A stretch of DNA of 64,000 nucleotides from an uncultured Candidatus Saccharibacteria bacterium (GTDB lineage: Bacteria > Patescibacteriota > Minisyncoccia > Phycocordibacterales > UBA2100): NCBI GenBank assembly GCA_964534465.1, contig CAZHOB010000001.1, positions 33,870 to 97,869 on the forward strand, written 5' to 3'. Position numbers and translations under genes: made by a program. This document shows positions 9,589-19,169 of the stretch, piece by piece; the first letter of the stretch is position 1, and each line of letters opens with the position of its first letter. The notes under the pieces were generated by a model. The model did not search any database. It was not told the DNA's origin and worked only from the letters and a program-made list of their open reading frames with translations.

Positions 9589-10887
9589 TTATTGATTCTT
9601 CAAAATACTGACGGCTTTGTCCAACTGTGGATCTTTACCCGCCTTGTGCTCGTCGTCAGATATTTCGACTTTTACCGTGGGAGCAATACCCTCGCGCGGG
9701 ATCTGTATGCCATCAGGACCAAGCCAACGTGCTACCGTTATCTTGAGCGAGGTTTCCGGCGTTATGTCGACAAGCTCCTGTACAGAGCCCTTTCCGAACG
9801 TATTGACGCCCACAAGTTTGGCTACGCCATAGTACCGCAGTGCGTCTGCGAGGATTTCAGACGCCGACGCCGAACCCTTGTCGACAAGTATCACCATTTT
9901 CAGATTTTTATTGAACACATTGTAGCCGAGCGAGCGGTGCACGATGTTCTGGTCGTGACCAGCATAATCCTCCGTAACGACGGGCGAGCCGGTGGGCAAG
10001 AACCAACTCGCCATGTCGACTGCAGCTTCAAGATAGCCGCCAGGATTGCCACGAAGGTCCAGGATGAGTTTTGTATCGCCCGATTCGACGAATTCGCGGA
10101 GTGCGGAACGGAAGAGCTCGGGTGAATTTGACGTAAATGTCAGCACTTGAATATCAAAAATACCGTCGGGGCGCGCCGTCGTGGACACCGTCGGAATATT
10201 GATGACGTCACGCGTTACCTTTATCTCTTTGACCGCGGTCCACCCTTCACGATAAACAGTGAATGTCACCTTGCTTCCTTTTGGGCCGCGGATCTTCTTC
10301 ACAGCCTCACTCGCATCCATCCCTTTGGTATCCACACCATCTATCTTGAGCAAAGCATCACCGGCCTTAAGCCCCGATTTCTCTGCGGGCGTACCTTTGA
10401 GCGGCGAGACGACCGTAAGCACTTGATCTTTGACTGCGATCTCCATGCCTACTCCCTCAAATGCACCGCTCATGTCGGCATTGAATTGTTCGTTCTCGAC
10501 GGGCGGCAGGAAATAGGTGTAAGGGTCGTTGAGAGAAGCAGCGAGACCTTCGATCATCCCCCACACGCGCTGTTGATCGGCATCCTTTGTAGAAGTGGCC
10601 ATCTTGGTTGATGTGGCCACGGCAGCAGGGACGAACTTTTCATCAATAATATGCCACGCTTTCCAGACTGGCGAGAGATCGACGTTTTGCGGGACGCTCG
10701 TATCGCCGGAGAAGGCTCCCATCGGCTTCGTAGCTGAATAGCCCGCCACATAGGCGCCAATTACCAAAATAATGCCGGCAATGATTGCGCGGCGCAGCGG
10801 TATAGTTTTTTCGCGCTTTTCCGGGAACATCGGAGAGATTATCTCACGCTCGTTATCGTCCCGCAAAAGAGCCCCGTTTTGATGCAT
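9589..10887 (-). CDS. S41 family C-terminal processing peptidase (PDZ + protease)
   Basis: LNDPYT, GVGMEI PDZ domain, LDLRGNPGG, SASASEI, TFGKGSVQ. Confidence 0.95.
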   Translation of the reverse strand: MHQNGALLRDDNEREIISPMFPEKREKTIPLRRAIIAGIILVIGAYVAGYSATKPMGAFSGDTSVPQNVDLSPVWKAWHIIDEKFVPAAVATSTKMATSTKDADQQRVWGMIEGLAASLNDPYTYFLPPVENEQFNADMSGAFEGVGMEIAVKDQVLTVVSPLKGTPAEKSGLKAGDALLKIDGVDTKGMDASEAVKKIRGPKGSKVTFTVYREGWTAVKEIKVTRDVINIPTVSTTARPDGIFDIQVLTFTSNSPELFRSALREFVESGDTKLILDLRGNPGGYLEAAVDMASWFLPTGSPVVTEDYAGHDQNIVHRSLGYNVFNKNLKMVILVDKGSASASEILADALRYYGVAKLVGVNTFGKGSVQELVDITPETSLKITVARWLGPDGIQIPREGIAPTVKVEISDDEHKAGKDPQLDKAVSILKNQ

Positions 10888-10945
10888 ACGACAGTATACC
10901 CTGCCTGCGACACCCTTCTCAATGAAGACACGTTATACTGGTAGT

Positions 10946-11857
10946 ATGCAGGCACGCTATGAGCACAAAGGGCTCACGTGGGTGGATCTGGACACGCCAA
11001 CACGGGAGGAGATCAATGCCATCGCCACGGAGTTCAACATCTCGCCCCTTGTGGCGGAAGAATTGCTCATGCCGGTTACCAAACCCCGCGCAGAATTACA
11101 TGACAATTTCATGTATCTTGTCATGCATTTCCCTGCCCTGAAACACTCCCACCATTCTCGGGAGCAGGAAATCGATTTTGTGGTCGGGCCACACTATGTG
11201 ATCACGGCGCGCTACGACACCATCGACCCGCTTCACAAATTTTCTAAGGTTTTCGAGGTACATTCCGTCTTGGACAGAAGTTCAATCGGGGATCATGCGG
11301 GCTACCTCTTCTTTTACATGCTGAAGAAACTCTACAAATCCGTTGAGCACGAAATAGAATTCATCCGCCGCGAGCTCGAAGTCATCGACGAAAAGCTTTT
11401 TTCAGAGCAGGAGGTGCAGCTCGTGTCGGCGCTCTCGAAATGCGCGCGCGATCTACTCAACATCCGCCAGACCATCGAGCCGCATCGCGAGGTGCTACGA
11501 AGTCTTGAAGAACTCAGTCCGAAATTGTTCGGGCCTGAGTTTGCGCCATACGCTCGTTCCCTCTCCAATGAATACTACCGCGTACACAATCACGTCATGC
11601 GTCATACCGAATCGCTCCACGAGCTTCGCGAGACCAACAATTCACTGTTGGAGACCAAACAGAACGAAACGATGAAAATATTCACCATCCTCGCGTTCGT
11701 CACCTTCCCTCTTTCTCTCATTGCCGCCATCTTCAGCATGGATACCGTCAACAACCCGTTCATCGGATCACGATTCGATTTCTGGATAGTCATCGGCATT
11801 ATGGCGGGCATCGCTGCGATGATGTTCTGGTACTTCAAACGCAAAAAATGGCTCTAA
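10946..11857 (+). CDS. CorA-family divalent cation transporter
   Basis: TWVDL..PT, QNETMKIFTI, IFSMD (GMN-like), two C-terminal TM segments, FKRKKWL. Confidence 0.9.
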   Translation: MQARYEHKGLTWVDLDTPTREEINAIATEFNISPLVAEELLMPVTKPRAELHDNFMYLVMHFPALKHSHHSREQEIDFVVGPHYVITARYDTIDPLHKFSKVFEVHSVLDRSSIGDHAGYLFFYMLKKLYKSVEHEIEFIRRELEVIDEKLFSEQEVQLVSALSKCARDLLNIRQTIEPHREVLRSLEELSPKLFGPEFAPYARSLSNEYYRVHNHVMRHTESLHELRETNNSLLETKQNETMKIFTILAFVTFPLSLIAAIFSMDTVNNPFIGSRFDFWIVIGIMAGIAAMMFWYFKRKKWL

Positions 11858-11858
11858 T

Positions 11859-13325
11859 ATGGGTGTCTTCGATTGGTTCACACGTACGGGTGAGAAGCGT
11901 TCACCGCTGTATCTTTTCAACACGTTAGGCGGTAAGAAGGAAAAATTCGTGCCCGTACACGACAGTGAGGTGCGCATGTACAACTGCGGCCCTACCGTGT
12001 ACGGTCGCCAGCACATCGGCAATCTTTCTATGTTCGTTTTTACGGACATTGTGAGACGAACACTTATAAGGAGTGGCTACTCGGTAAAGCAAGTCATCAA
12101 TTTCACCGATTTCGGTCATCTCACGTCGGACGCCGATTCCGGCGAGGACAAGATGACCAAGGGTCTCAAGAGCGAGGGTCTCGCGCTCACTATGGAAAAC
12201 ATGCGTGCGCTCGGCGAAAAATACGCCAATCTTTTTCTCGAAGATCTCCGCGCGCTCAATTGCGACATCGACGGCATCATTTTCCCCCGTGCGAGCGACT
12301 ACGTGCAGGCACAGATCGCGATGATAGAGACACTCGTCGAGAAGGGTTTCGCCTATCAGGGCAAACATGGCGTCTATTTTGAGACTTCCAAATTTCCGCG
12401 CTACGGAAAGCTCGGAAATATCAATCTCGAAGAATTACGCGCTGGCGCGCGCGTCTCTTTCGATAAAGAGAAGCGCGGTCAACTCGATTTTTTACTCTGG
12501 AAGTCTGATCCGCACATGGGTTGGGATTCACCATGGGGCAAGGGCTTTCCGGGATGGCACATCGAGTGCTCGGCGATGATACGCGAGACGCTCGGCGAGC
12601 AGATAGACATCCATACCGGCGGCATCGAACACATACCCGTGCACCACAACAACGAGATAGCGCAGTCGGAGAGCGCGACAGGCAAACATCCGTTCTCTAA
12701 ATACTGGCTCCACCGCGCACATATTCAGCTCGAGGGCGGCAAGATAGCCAAATCAGTGGGTAATGTCGTGTACATGTTCGATGTTACCGAACGCGGCTGC
12801 CACCCACTATCACTCCGCTATCTATTCCTGAGTGCGCACTATCGCACACCGATGAACTTCACGTGGGAGGCTCTCTCTGCCGCCCAGACGGCGTATTCCA
12901 AACTGCTGGCAATGCGATTTGCGCACAAACCCTCATTTCCCGTCCGAAAGTGGACTGAAAAATTCAACAAACACGTCAACGACGATTTCGATACTCCGAA
13001 AGCGATTGCCGTCCTCTGGGAAATGACGAAGGATACTTCACTTACCGAGGGCGAAAAAGTCGCAACCATGATAGAGATGGACAAAGTGCTCGGTCTCAAT
13101 TTCGCCGAACCCGATGCAGCTGCAAGGGAGCTCGCACGCAAAGAGCTCCGCACGGCCATACCTAAGGAGAAAATAGACGCCAAGATCAAGGAGCTGCTCT
13201 TGGAGAGGCAACGCGCCCGTGAAAATAAAGACTACGCCCGCGCTGACGCCATTCGAACTCGTATCGAAGACCAGGGCTTTGAACTCGACGACTCCCCTTC
13301 CGGACCCGTACTCTACACCCGCTAA
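11859..13325 (+). CDS. cysS: Cysteine--tRNA ligase
   Basis: MYNCGPTVY, HIGN, PGWHIECS, DIHTGG, HHNNE, KIAKS. Confidence 0.97.
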   Translation: MGVFDWFTRTGEKRSPLYLFNTLGGKKEKFVPVHDSEVRMYNCGPTVYGRQHIGNLSMFVFTDIVRRTLIRSGYSVKQVINFTDFGHLTSDADSGEDKMTKGLKSEGLALTMENMRALGEKYANLFLEDLRALNCDIDGIIFPRASDYVQAQIAMIETLVEKGFAYQGKHGVYFETSKFPRYGKLGNINLEELRAGARVSFDKEKRGQLDFLLWKSDPHMGWDSPWGKGFPGWHIECSAMIRETLGEQIDIHTGGIEHIPVHHNNEIAQSESATGKHPFSKYWLHRAHIQLEGGKIAKSVGNVVYMFDVTERGCHPLSLRYLFLSAHYRTPMNFTWEALSAAQTAYSKLLAMRFAHKPSFPVRKWTEKFNKHVNDDFDTPKAIAVLWEMTKDTSLTEGEKVATMIEMDKVLGLNFAEPDAAARELARKELRTAIPKEKIDAKIKELLLERQRARENKDYARADAIRTRIEDQGFELDDSPSGPVLYTR

Positions 13326-16300
13326 GCGCCTACAACGAAATTGACGAGACGGCCCGGCACGACGATCGTGCGAGCTATTTTTTGCCCCTCAAGACGCGCG
13401 GATACAGCTTCGCGCGCCGCCGCTTCGATAGCAGCCTTGTCGGAATCTTTTGAGACATCCACAGTGGCGCGGGTCTTGCCGTCGATCTGCACAGCGATAG
13501 TGATCGTATTTTCTACCAATTGCGAAATGTCGAATTCCGGCCATTTTTCGAGGTGGATGGACTTCTTTTTGCCCCATAATTCTTCGGCCACATGAGGGGC
13601 GAACGGCGAGAGGATCTTGAGAAAAGTTGACCACTCGTCGGGCGAAATTGCCTTCGCTTTTTCTATCGCGTTGAGCAGTATCATCATCTGACTGATGGCG
13701 GTATTGAATTTCATCTGTTCGATGTCCTTCCCCACTTTCTGTACCGTCTTGTGGAGTGCAGAACCGATGCTTGGCGCGTTTTTTGAGACGAGTTCCTGCA
13801 CGCGGCACACACGCTCCAAAAATCGACGCACACCGACCACGCCATCCGGATTCCACGGATAACTGGACACTTCGTGATACGGGCCGATAAAGGCCAAATA
13901 CATGCGTACGGTGTCAGCTCCGAGTCTCTCCACCACCTCATCAGGATCGATGACATTGCCGCGCGATTTGCTCATTTTTTGGCCATCTGGACCTAGAATG
14001 AGCGAACGATTTATTCTCCGCGCGTAGGGCTCTTCGTTCTCTACAAGTCCGAGATCGAAAAGAGCCTTTTGCCAGAACCGCGAATACAGAAGGTGCATCG
14101 TGGTGTGCTCGGCACCGCCTGAATAGAGGCTAACCGGCATCCAGTTCTGAATGCTTTTCTTGGCGGCGAATTCTTTTTTATTTTTGGGATCGGTGTAGCG
14201 CAAGAAATACCACGAGGAATCGACGAAGGTGTCGAGTGTATCAGTCTCACGTTTCGCGACACCTTTGCACAGCGGGCATTTTACATTGACCCACTTCGTG
14301 GCTTTCGCCAGCGGCGATTTGCCGCTGCCTTCGGGCAGATAATCCTTCACGGCAGGCAACTCGACAGGCAGATCTTTATCCGGCACTGGCTGCGCGCCAC
14401 ATTCAGGACAATGAATGATCGGTATCGGCACACCCCAGTATCTTTGGCGCGACACGATCCAATCGCGGAGTCTGAAGGTGGTCTTTTTGCGTCCGAATAC
14501 GTCGGTAATCGCTGCATTGGCTTCGGCGGAAGTCTTGCCGTCGTAAAGACCGGAGTTGATGAGAAAGCCGTCGCCGGTGTAGCTGTAATGGGGGTCTTGA
14601 ATGACGGAAGCGATGAACTCGCCCTCGAAAACGGTGAAGAATTCCATTAACTTATTTTTCTTGACCCAGACCACCTCGTGAAGTGATGCCTCCTTTTCAT
14701 CCACCGCATCCTTCTCGTCATTCTCGAGCTCAAAAAAGACGAAGTGGAAATGAGCGTGACGATTCTGCTTTTTGACACGGTGATAGAAGAAGGTGTTTAT
14801 TGTCCACTTGTGATTTTCGACATGGCGAAGATTTTTGTACCCTGTCTCCTCGTGAATTTCTCGGCGGGCAGTTTCGATGATGTCGTCATCTCCCTCGATG
14901 CCGCCGGTCACAAGACCGTGCATGTGGACGCCTCTCCATTTAATTGCGAGATAGGTGTCGTCCTTGGGATTGCGCACAACGGCGCATATGGCTTCCCTTT
15001 TGATGAATGGCTCGCCTTCTTTGATGGCATTTTCGCGGGTTCCGTTCGCTTTGAAGATCGGTTCGATGACATGCTTGATCGGCAGGCCAAATTTGCGGGC
15101 AAAGGCGTGATCGCGCTCGTCGTGCGCGGGCACTGCCATGATGGCCCCGGTGCCGTAGGAGGCGAGCACATAATCCGCTACATACATGGGGATTTTCTCA
15201 CCCGTCGCGGGATTGACGGCATCCACGCCCTCAAGCCGCACGCCGGTCTTGTCTTTTTGGTCGGTCATGCGTTCGAGCTCGGTCTTCTTAGTGGCCTGCG
15301 TGACATACGCAGAGACATGCTGCTCATTAGGCAAAAGACTTTTGTGACCGAGTGCCGCTTTTAACCACGGATGTTCGGGCGATAGGACAAGGTAAGTGGC
15401 ACCGAAGAGCGTATCGGGGCGCGTCGTGAAAACGCGGATAGTGGCGCGCAGCCACATCAAGACATCGGGCTCTGTGTCGCCCGTAAAGTGCGGCTTATTG
15501 GATATGCCGCGATGCGCTTTGATGCCGAGGAGCTTCTCGAGATCCGCGACTTGCCTCTCCGATATCGCATGGTCGCATGGATCATGAAGTAGCTGAATTA
15601 CCGGAGCGGTGGCGTGGATTTTTTTCGCATCGAACTCCCATTTGAAATCCTTCGCGAAATCACGCGGCCCGTCTTTGAAATGAGGGTCAGCAAAGCCTCC
15701 CACAAGGACAAGGCGGCTTATCTGTGACTTGAGACGCTCGACGACTTTCATTGCGACTACAGCGCCCAGACTATGTCCCATAAGGACAGTGTTTTCGTCG
15801 TAATCAGTGGCTTGAAGTGCTGCTTCGACCTGTTCTACTTCCGTGGGATTGTCAGTATTTGGCAGGGTGGGAATAATGACCTCATTGCCCATTTTTTCAA
15901 GCTCACTCTTTATCCAATTCCAGCGTGGAGTGTCGGGCTTACCGCCATAACCGTGCAAAATGACGTATTTGTTTTTTTTGCCAAAATCGAGAGGAAAATC
16001 AATTTCAGCCCCCTCCGAACGGCCGATCCAGTTACGCTGCGATTCTTTGATCTGTTCAGGCCAATCGAGAGTTGTGAGGTCGTCTATAAGGCGATCGGCG
16101 TAGCTGGTGATCATTACGTTCCATTGCAACATCATTCTTTGCTCAACAACCGAGCCGCAACGTTCGCAGCGGCCATCCACCACCTGCTCATTGGCAAGCA
16201 CTGTCTTGTCTTTCGGACACCAATTCACTGCAGTTTCCTTTTGATACGCCAAACCTTTTTTGAAAAGCTGAAGGAATTGCCACTGCGTCCATTTGTAGTA

Positions 16301-16693
16301 AGCGGGGTCGGCGGTAATGACCTCGCGCGACCAATCGAACGAGGTGCCCATCGACTCGATCTGCTTTTTCATGTACGCGATGTTGCCGAAGGTCCACTTT
16401 TTGGGATCCAATTTATTCTTTATCGCGGCATTCTCTGCGGGCAATCCAAATGCATCGAATCCCATGGGATAGAGCACATTTTTGCCGTCCATCCGTTTCT
16501 TGCGCGCGAGAATATCCGGCACTGCGAAAGCGTACCAGTGTCCTACGTGCAAATTGCCCGACGGATATGGGAACTCGACGAGCAGGTAGAAATTGTCCTT
16601 GCCTTTTACGCTGTCGGGAGTCTTGTGCAAACCGTCCTTTTTCCATTTGGCCTGCCATTTTTTCTCGATTTTCTTGTGGTCGTATCCGTGCAT
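13322..16693 (-). CDS. leuS: Leucine--tRNA ligase with inserted alpha/beta hydrolase and Nudix domains
   Basis: FPYPSGNLHVGH, GFDAFGLPAENAA, FTTRPDT, YGTGAIMAVPAHD, SRQRYWG, KMSKS; about 1120 aa versus roughly 800-860 for typical bacterial LeuRS. Confidence 0.96.
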   Translation of the reverse strand: MHGYDHKKIEKKWQAKWKKDGLHKTPDSVKGKDNFYLLVEFPYPSGNLHVGHWYAFAVPDILARKKRMDGKNVLYPMGFDAFGLPAENAAIKNKLDPKKWTFGNIAYMKKQIESMGTSFDWSREVITADPAYYKWTQWQFLQLFKKGLAYQKETAVNWCPKDKTVLANEQVVDGRCERCGSVVEQRMMLQWNVMITSYADRLIDDLTTLDWPEQIKESQRNWIGRSEGAEIDFPLDFGKKNKYVILHGYGGKPDTPRWNWIKSELEKMGNEVIIPTLPNTDNPTEVEQVEAALQATDYDENTVLMGHSLGAVVAMKVVERLKSQISRLVLVGGFADPHFKDGPRDFAKDFKWEFDAKKIHATAPVIQLLHDPCDHAISERQVADLEKLLGIKAHRGISNKPHFTGDTEPDVLMWLRATIRVFTTRPDTLFGATYLVLSPEHPWLKAALGHKSLLPNEQHVSAYVTQATKKTELERMTDQKDKTGVRLEGVDAVNPATGEKIPMYVADYVLASYGTGAIMAVPAHDERDHAFARKFGLPIKHVIEPIFKANGTRENAIKEGEPFIKREAICAVVRNPKDDTYLAIKWRGVHMHGLVTGGIEGDDDIIETARREIHEETGYKNLRHVENHKWTINTFFYHRVKKQNRHAHFHFVFFELENDEKDAVDEKEASLHEVVWVKKNKLMEFFTVFEGEFIASVIQDPHYSYTGDGFLINSGLYDGKTSAEANAAITDVFGRKKTTFRLRDWIVSRQRYWGVPIPIIHCPECGAQPVPDKDLPVELPAVKDYLPEGSGKSPLAKATKWVNVKCPLCKGVAKRETDTLDTFVDSSWYFLRYTDPKNKKEFAAKKSIQNWMPVSLYSGGAEHTTMHLLYSRFWQKALFDLGLVENEEPYARRINRSLILGPDGQKMSKSRGNVIDPDEVVERLGADTVRMYLAFIGPYHEVSSYPWNPDGVVGVRRFLERVCRVQELVSKNAPSIGSALHKTVQKVGKDIEQMKFNTAISQMMILLNAIEKAKAISPDEWSTFLKILSPFAPHVAEELWGKKKSIHLEKWPEFDISQLVENTITIAVQIDGKTRATVDVSKDSDKAAIEAAAREAVSARLEGQKIARTIVVPGRLVNFVVGA
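14590..15050 (-). other. Nudix hydrolase domain inside leuS (approximate bounds)
   Basis: GGIEGDDDIIETARREIHEETGY matches the Nudix box GX5EX7REUXEEXGU with D at the first E. Confidence 0.85.
15445..15975 (-). other. YdeN/RBBP9-like serine hydrolase domain inside leuS (approximate bounds)
   Basis: VILHGY, GHSLG nucleophile elbow, HDPCD and PHF give a candidate Ser-Asp-His triad, between GRSEGAEIDF and IRVFTTRPDT. Confidence 0.85.
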
Positions 16694-16743
16694 CAAGACA
16701 GCGTAGCACAAGCTAAGCTGTCAGAAAATGGCTCATTAATTGC

Positions 16744-17730
16744 CTATTGTTTGACCGGTATGGGCGTCGGGATGCCGGAAGTCTTCGGGAATGGAGGATA
16801 ACGCTGAGGATCAATCCCGCGACTGAAGCACTGTTCCCCTGCCACGTGGTACCAAGTCTCATTTTGCGCGAGTTTATCGCCCACCGGCGCTGCGATGGGC
16901 CCTGAGAGGCCGTTGACAGTATCGGCCTGATTGGGATTGGTCTCGAGATTGAAGGTGGCGCAAAGCTTGAACGAATATTGGCCGGTAACGCTATACGAGT
17001 ACTCGTTGCCGCTCTGCGGGTCCTTCGGCATGTAATTATTTGATATCGGGTCGTAGAGATCGGAGATTGCGGCCGGCAACTTTTCCTTCTGCTGCCAGTA
17101 ATTGACGATCTGATACTGGATATTTTGGAGGTCGCTTATCTTTTGGTCGTCGAAGCGATACAAGCGTATCTGGCCGGGCGTACCCATGATGAGGAATCCC
17201 GCGACTATAGTGGCGAGTACAACTGCTCCCGCACCCCAGCCTACATAGCGAGCGCGTTCGGGAAATTTGAGCCAGAAGCCTTTGATGTCGGCAAGGAAGT
17301 GAAGGAATGCCGCGCCGGTGACCAGCAATACGATAAGTACTTTGAGAATGAAGTGCATGGTGATATCGCCGCCGAGGAAATAATTGATGAGCGTGATGAG
17401 GTCAACGACGACCGTGAGTCCCGCGGCAAAAACAGTGAAATACAACGCCCAGCGACGGATCCATATCTCCTGCCGCGTGACATCGCGCACCATGTCCTTG
17501 CGGATGAAACGCATGAGTACGAGGAAGAGCGGGAACATCACAAAAAGGATTGCCATCTGGTAGCGCATGGCGCTGCCATATGGGTCGATGTAGCGATTGA
17601 GAGCGTCGGGGAAGGAGTAGTCGATATAGCTGAAAAAGAGCGCAATAAGGGCAAAAACGCTCGAATAAAGGGCGATCATTGCCATGACCCAGAGGAAGAA
17701 ATCCTTGGGGCTTACCTTTGGTTTATCCAT
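16744..17730 (-). CDS. Conserved membrane protein (DUF5671-like)
   Basis: SPKDFFL N-terminus, several TM segments, RLYRFD.QKISDL..IQ and PKDP.SG..Y.Y..FKLCATF. Confidence 0.75.
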   Translation of the reverse strand: MDKPKVSPKDFFLWVMAMIALYSSVFALIALFFSYIDYSFPDALNRYIDPYGSAMRYQMAILFVMFPLFLVLMRFIRKDMVRDVTRQEIWIRRWALYFTVFAAGLTVVVDLITLINYFLGGDITMHFILKVLIVLLVTGAAFLHFLADIKGFWLKFPERARYVGWGAGAVVLATIVAGFLIMGTPGQIRLYRFDDQKISDLQNIQYQIVNYWQQKEKLPAAISDLYDPISNNYMPKDPQSGNEYSYSVTGQYSFKLCATFNLETNPNQADTVNGLSGPIAAPVGDKLAQNETWYHVAGEQCFSRGIDPQRYPPFPKTSGIPTPIPVKQ

Positions 17731-17775
17731 GCATGTACGCTACCATTGTGCAAGAACATCTCCAAGGGGAGCGTA

Positions 17776-17973
17776 ATGATATCTCCTTCGACTTCACTGC
17801 GAATTAATCTTTCCATATTGAAAGCATGGCGTGAGCAAGGAATGCCGTGGCATATCACGCCCGCCGGCTGGCGACACTACTGCAGTCTCAAACACAAACG
17901 AATTCGCGCTTCATTACATGCGCATCCCGAAGCCCCGTGTAAACAAAAGCGAAAACGTAAAACTGCCCTATGA
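17776..17973 (+). CDS. Possible small basic hypothetical protein (65 aa)
   Basis: AAGGGGAG before ATG 17776; fills the gap between two minus-strand genes. Confidence 0.35.
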   Translation: MISPSTSLRINLSILKAWREQGMPWHITPAGWRHYCSLKHKRIRASLHAHPEAPCKQKRKRKTAL

Positions 17974-17986
17974 TGGGCAGTTTGTT

Positions 17987-19087
17987 TTAAGAGTGGAGAA
18001 ATTCCATCACGTCGCCGTCTTGCACCACGTATTCCTTGCCTTCAGTGCGGATGAGGCCTTGCTCGCGAGCTTTTGCAAATGAGCCAGCCTGCAGAAGTTT
18101 TTCCCAATAGATGACCTCCGCGCGGATGAATTTGTCGCGAAAATCAGTGTGAATAGCCGCACCGGCGTCGGGGCCTTTGGCGCCGCGCTTGATGGTCCAC
18201 GCGCGGCTCTCCTTCTCCCCTGTCGTAAAAAATGAGATCAGATCGAGCAGCGAATATCCGGCTTTAATGAGCGCGTCGAGACCGTCTTCGGCCACGCCGA
18301 GCTCGCGGCGAAAATCTGCCTTCTCATCCGAATGCACATCGCCGAGCTCGTTCTCGACGCCCGCGTCGACGACTATATACCTTGCATCGGTTCGTTCAAA
18401 ATAATCGAGCAATTCTCTCCAGCGCGGCCCGTTTTCGGCATCGATGTTGACCGTGCCTGCCTTGCGATTGAGCACGTAGAGAATTGGCTTCATCGTGAGC
18501 AAGTGCAGTGGCAACGCAAATTCCTGTTCTTTTTCATCCAGGACGACGGTGCGTGCGGGCTTCCCTGCCTGCAATACGGGCACTATTTTGCGCAGCACGT
18601 CGCGTTCGGCAATTATGTCTTTATCATTACCTTTGGCGTCGCGCTCCAGCCTATCGAGCTTCTTTTCGGCCATTTGCCTGTCTGCCTGAATGAGTTCGAG
18701 GTCAATTATCTCAATGTCGTACCGTGGATCGACATTACCCGCGACGTGATGCACGTCTTCGTCGTCAAAAATGCGCACGACTTCAGCTATCGCATCCACT
18801 TCGCGAATGTGCTGCAAGAATTGATTGCCGAGCCCCTCACCTTCTGAGGCACCCTTGACCAAACCCGCAATATCGACGAATTCCACCGCCGCCGGCACTT
18901 TCTTGACCGACTTGGACATCTCACTCAATCTATCCAACCGAAAATCAGGCACCGCCACGACCCCTACCGACGGGTCGATCGTAGCAAAAGGATAATTGGC
19001 AATAAGCACCCCCTTCCGCGTCAGCGCATTAAAAAGAGTACTCTTCCCCACGTTCGGGAGTCCAACAATTCCAATGCTTAATCCCAT
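17987..19087 (-). CDS. ychF: Ribosome-binding ATPase YchF
   Basis: [58 protein letters not shown]. Confidence 0.98.
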   Translation of the reverse strand: MGLSIGIVGLPNVGKSTLFNALTRKGVLIANYPFATIDPSVGVVAVPDFRLDRLSEMSKSVKKVPAAVEFVDIAGLVKGASEGEGLGNQFLQHIREVDAIAEVVRIFDDEDVHHVAGNVDPRYDIEIIDLELIQADRQMAEKKLDRLERDAKGNDKDIIAERDVLRKIVPVLQAGKPARTVVLDEKEQEFALPLHLLTMKPILYVLNRKAGTVNIDAENGPRWRELLDYFERTDARYIVVDAGVENELGDVHSDEKADFRRELGVAEDGLDALIKAGYSLLDLISFFTTGEKESRAWTIKRGAKGPDAGAAIHTDFRDKFIRAEVIYWEKLLQAGSFAKAREQGLIRTEGKEYVVQDGDVMEFLHS

Positions 19088-19169
19088 ATTTTGGCCATTT
19101 TAAGCCGTAATTTGCTTTAAGTCCATCCGTGTGCCTTTCGTGCTTGCTCTCTCATGCTAGGATTCCGCC

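Noticed and set aside
14590-15975. Inteins in leuS
   Set aside because: No C/S start with HN-C/S/T end and no homing endonuclease motifs; the inserts look like hydrolase domains
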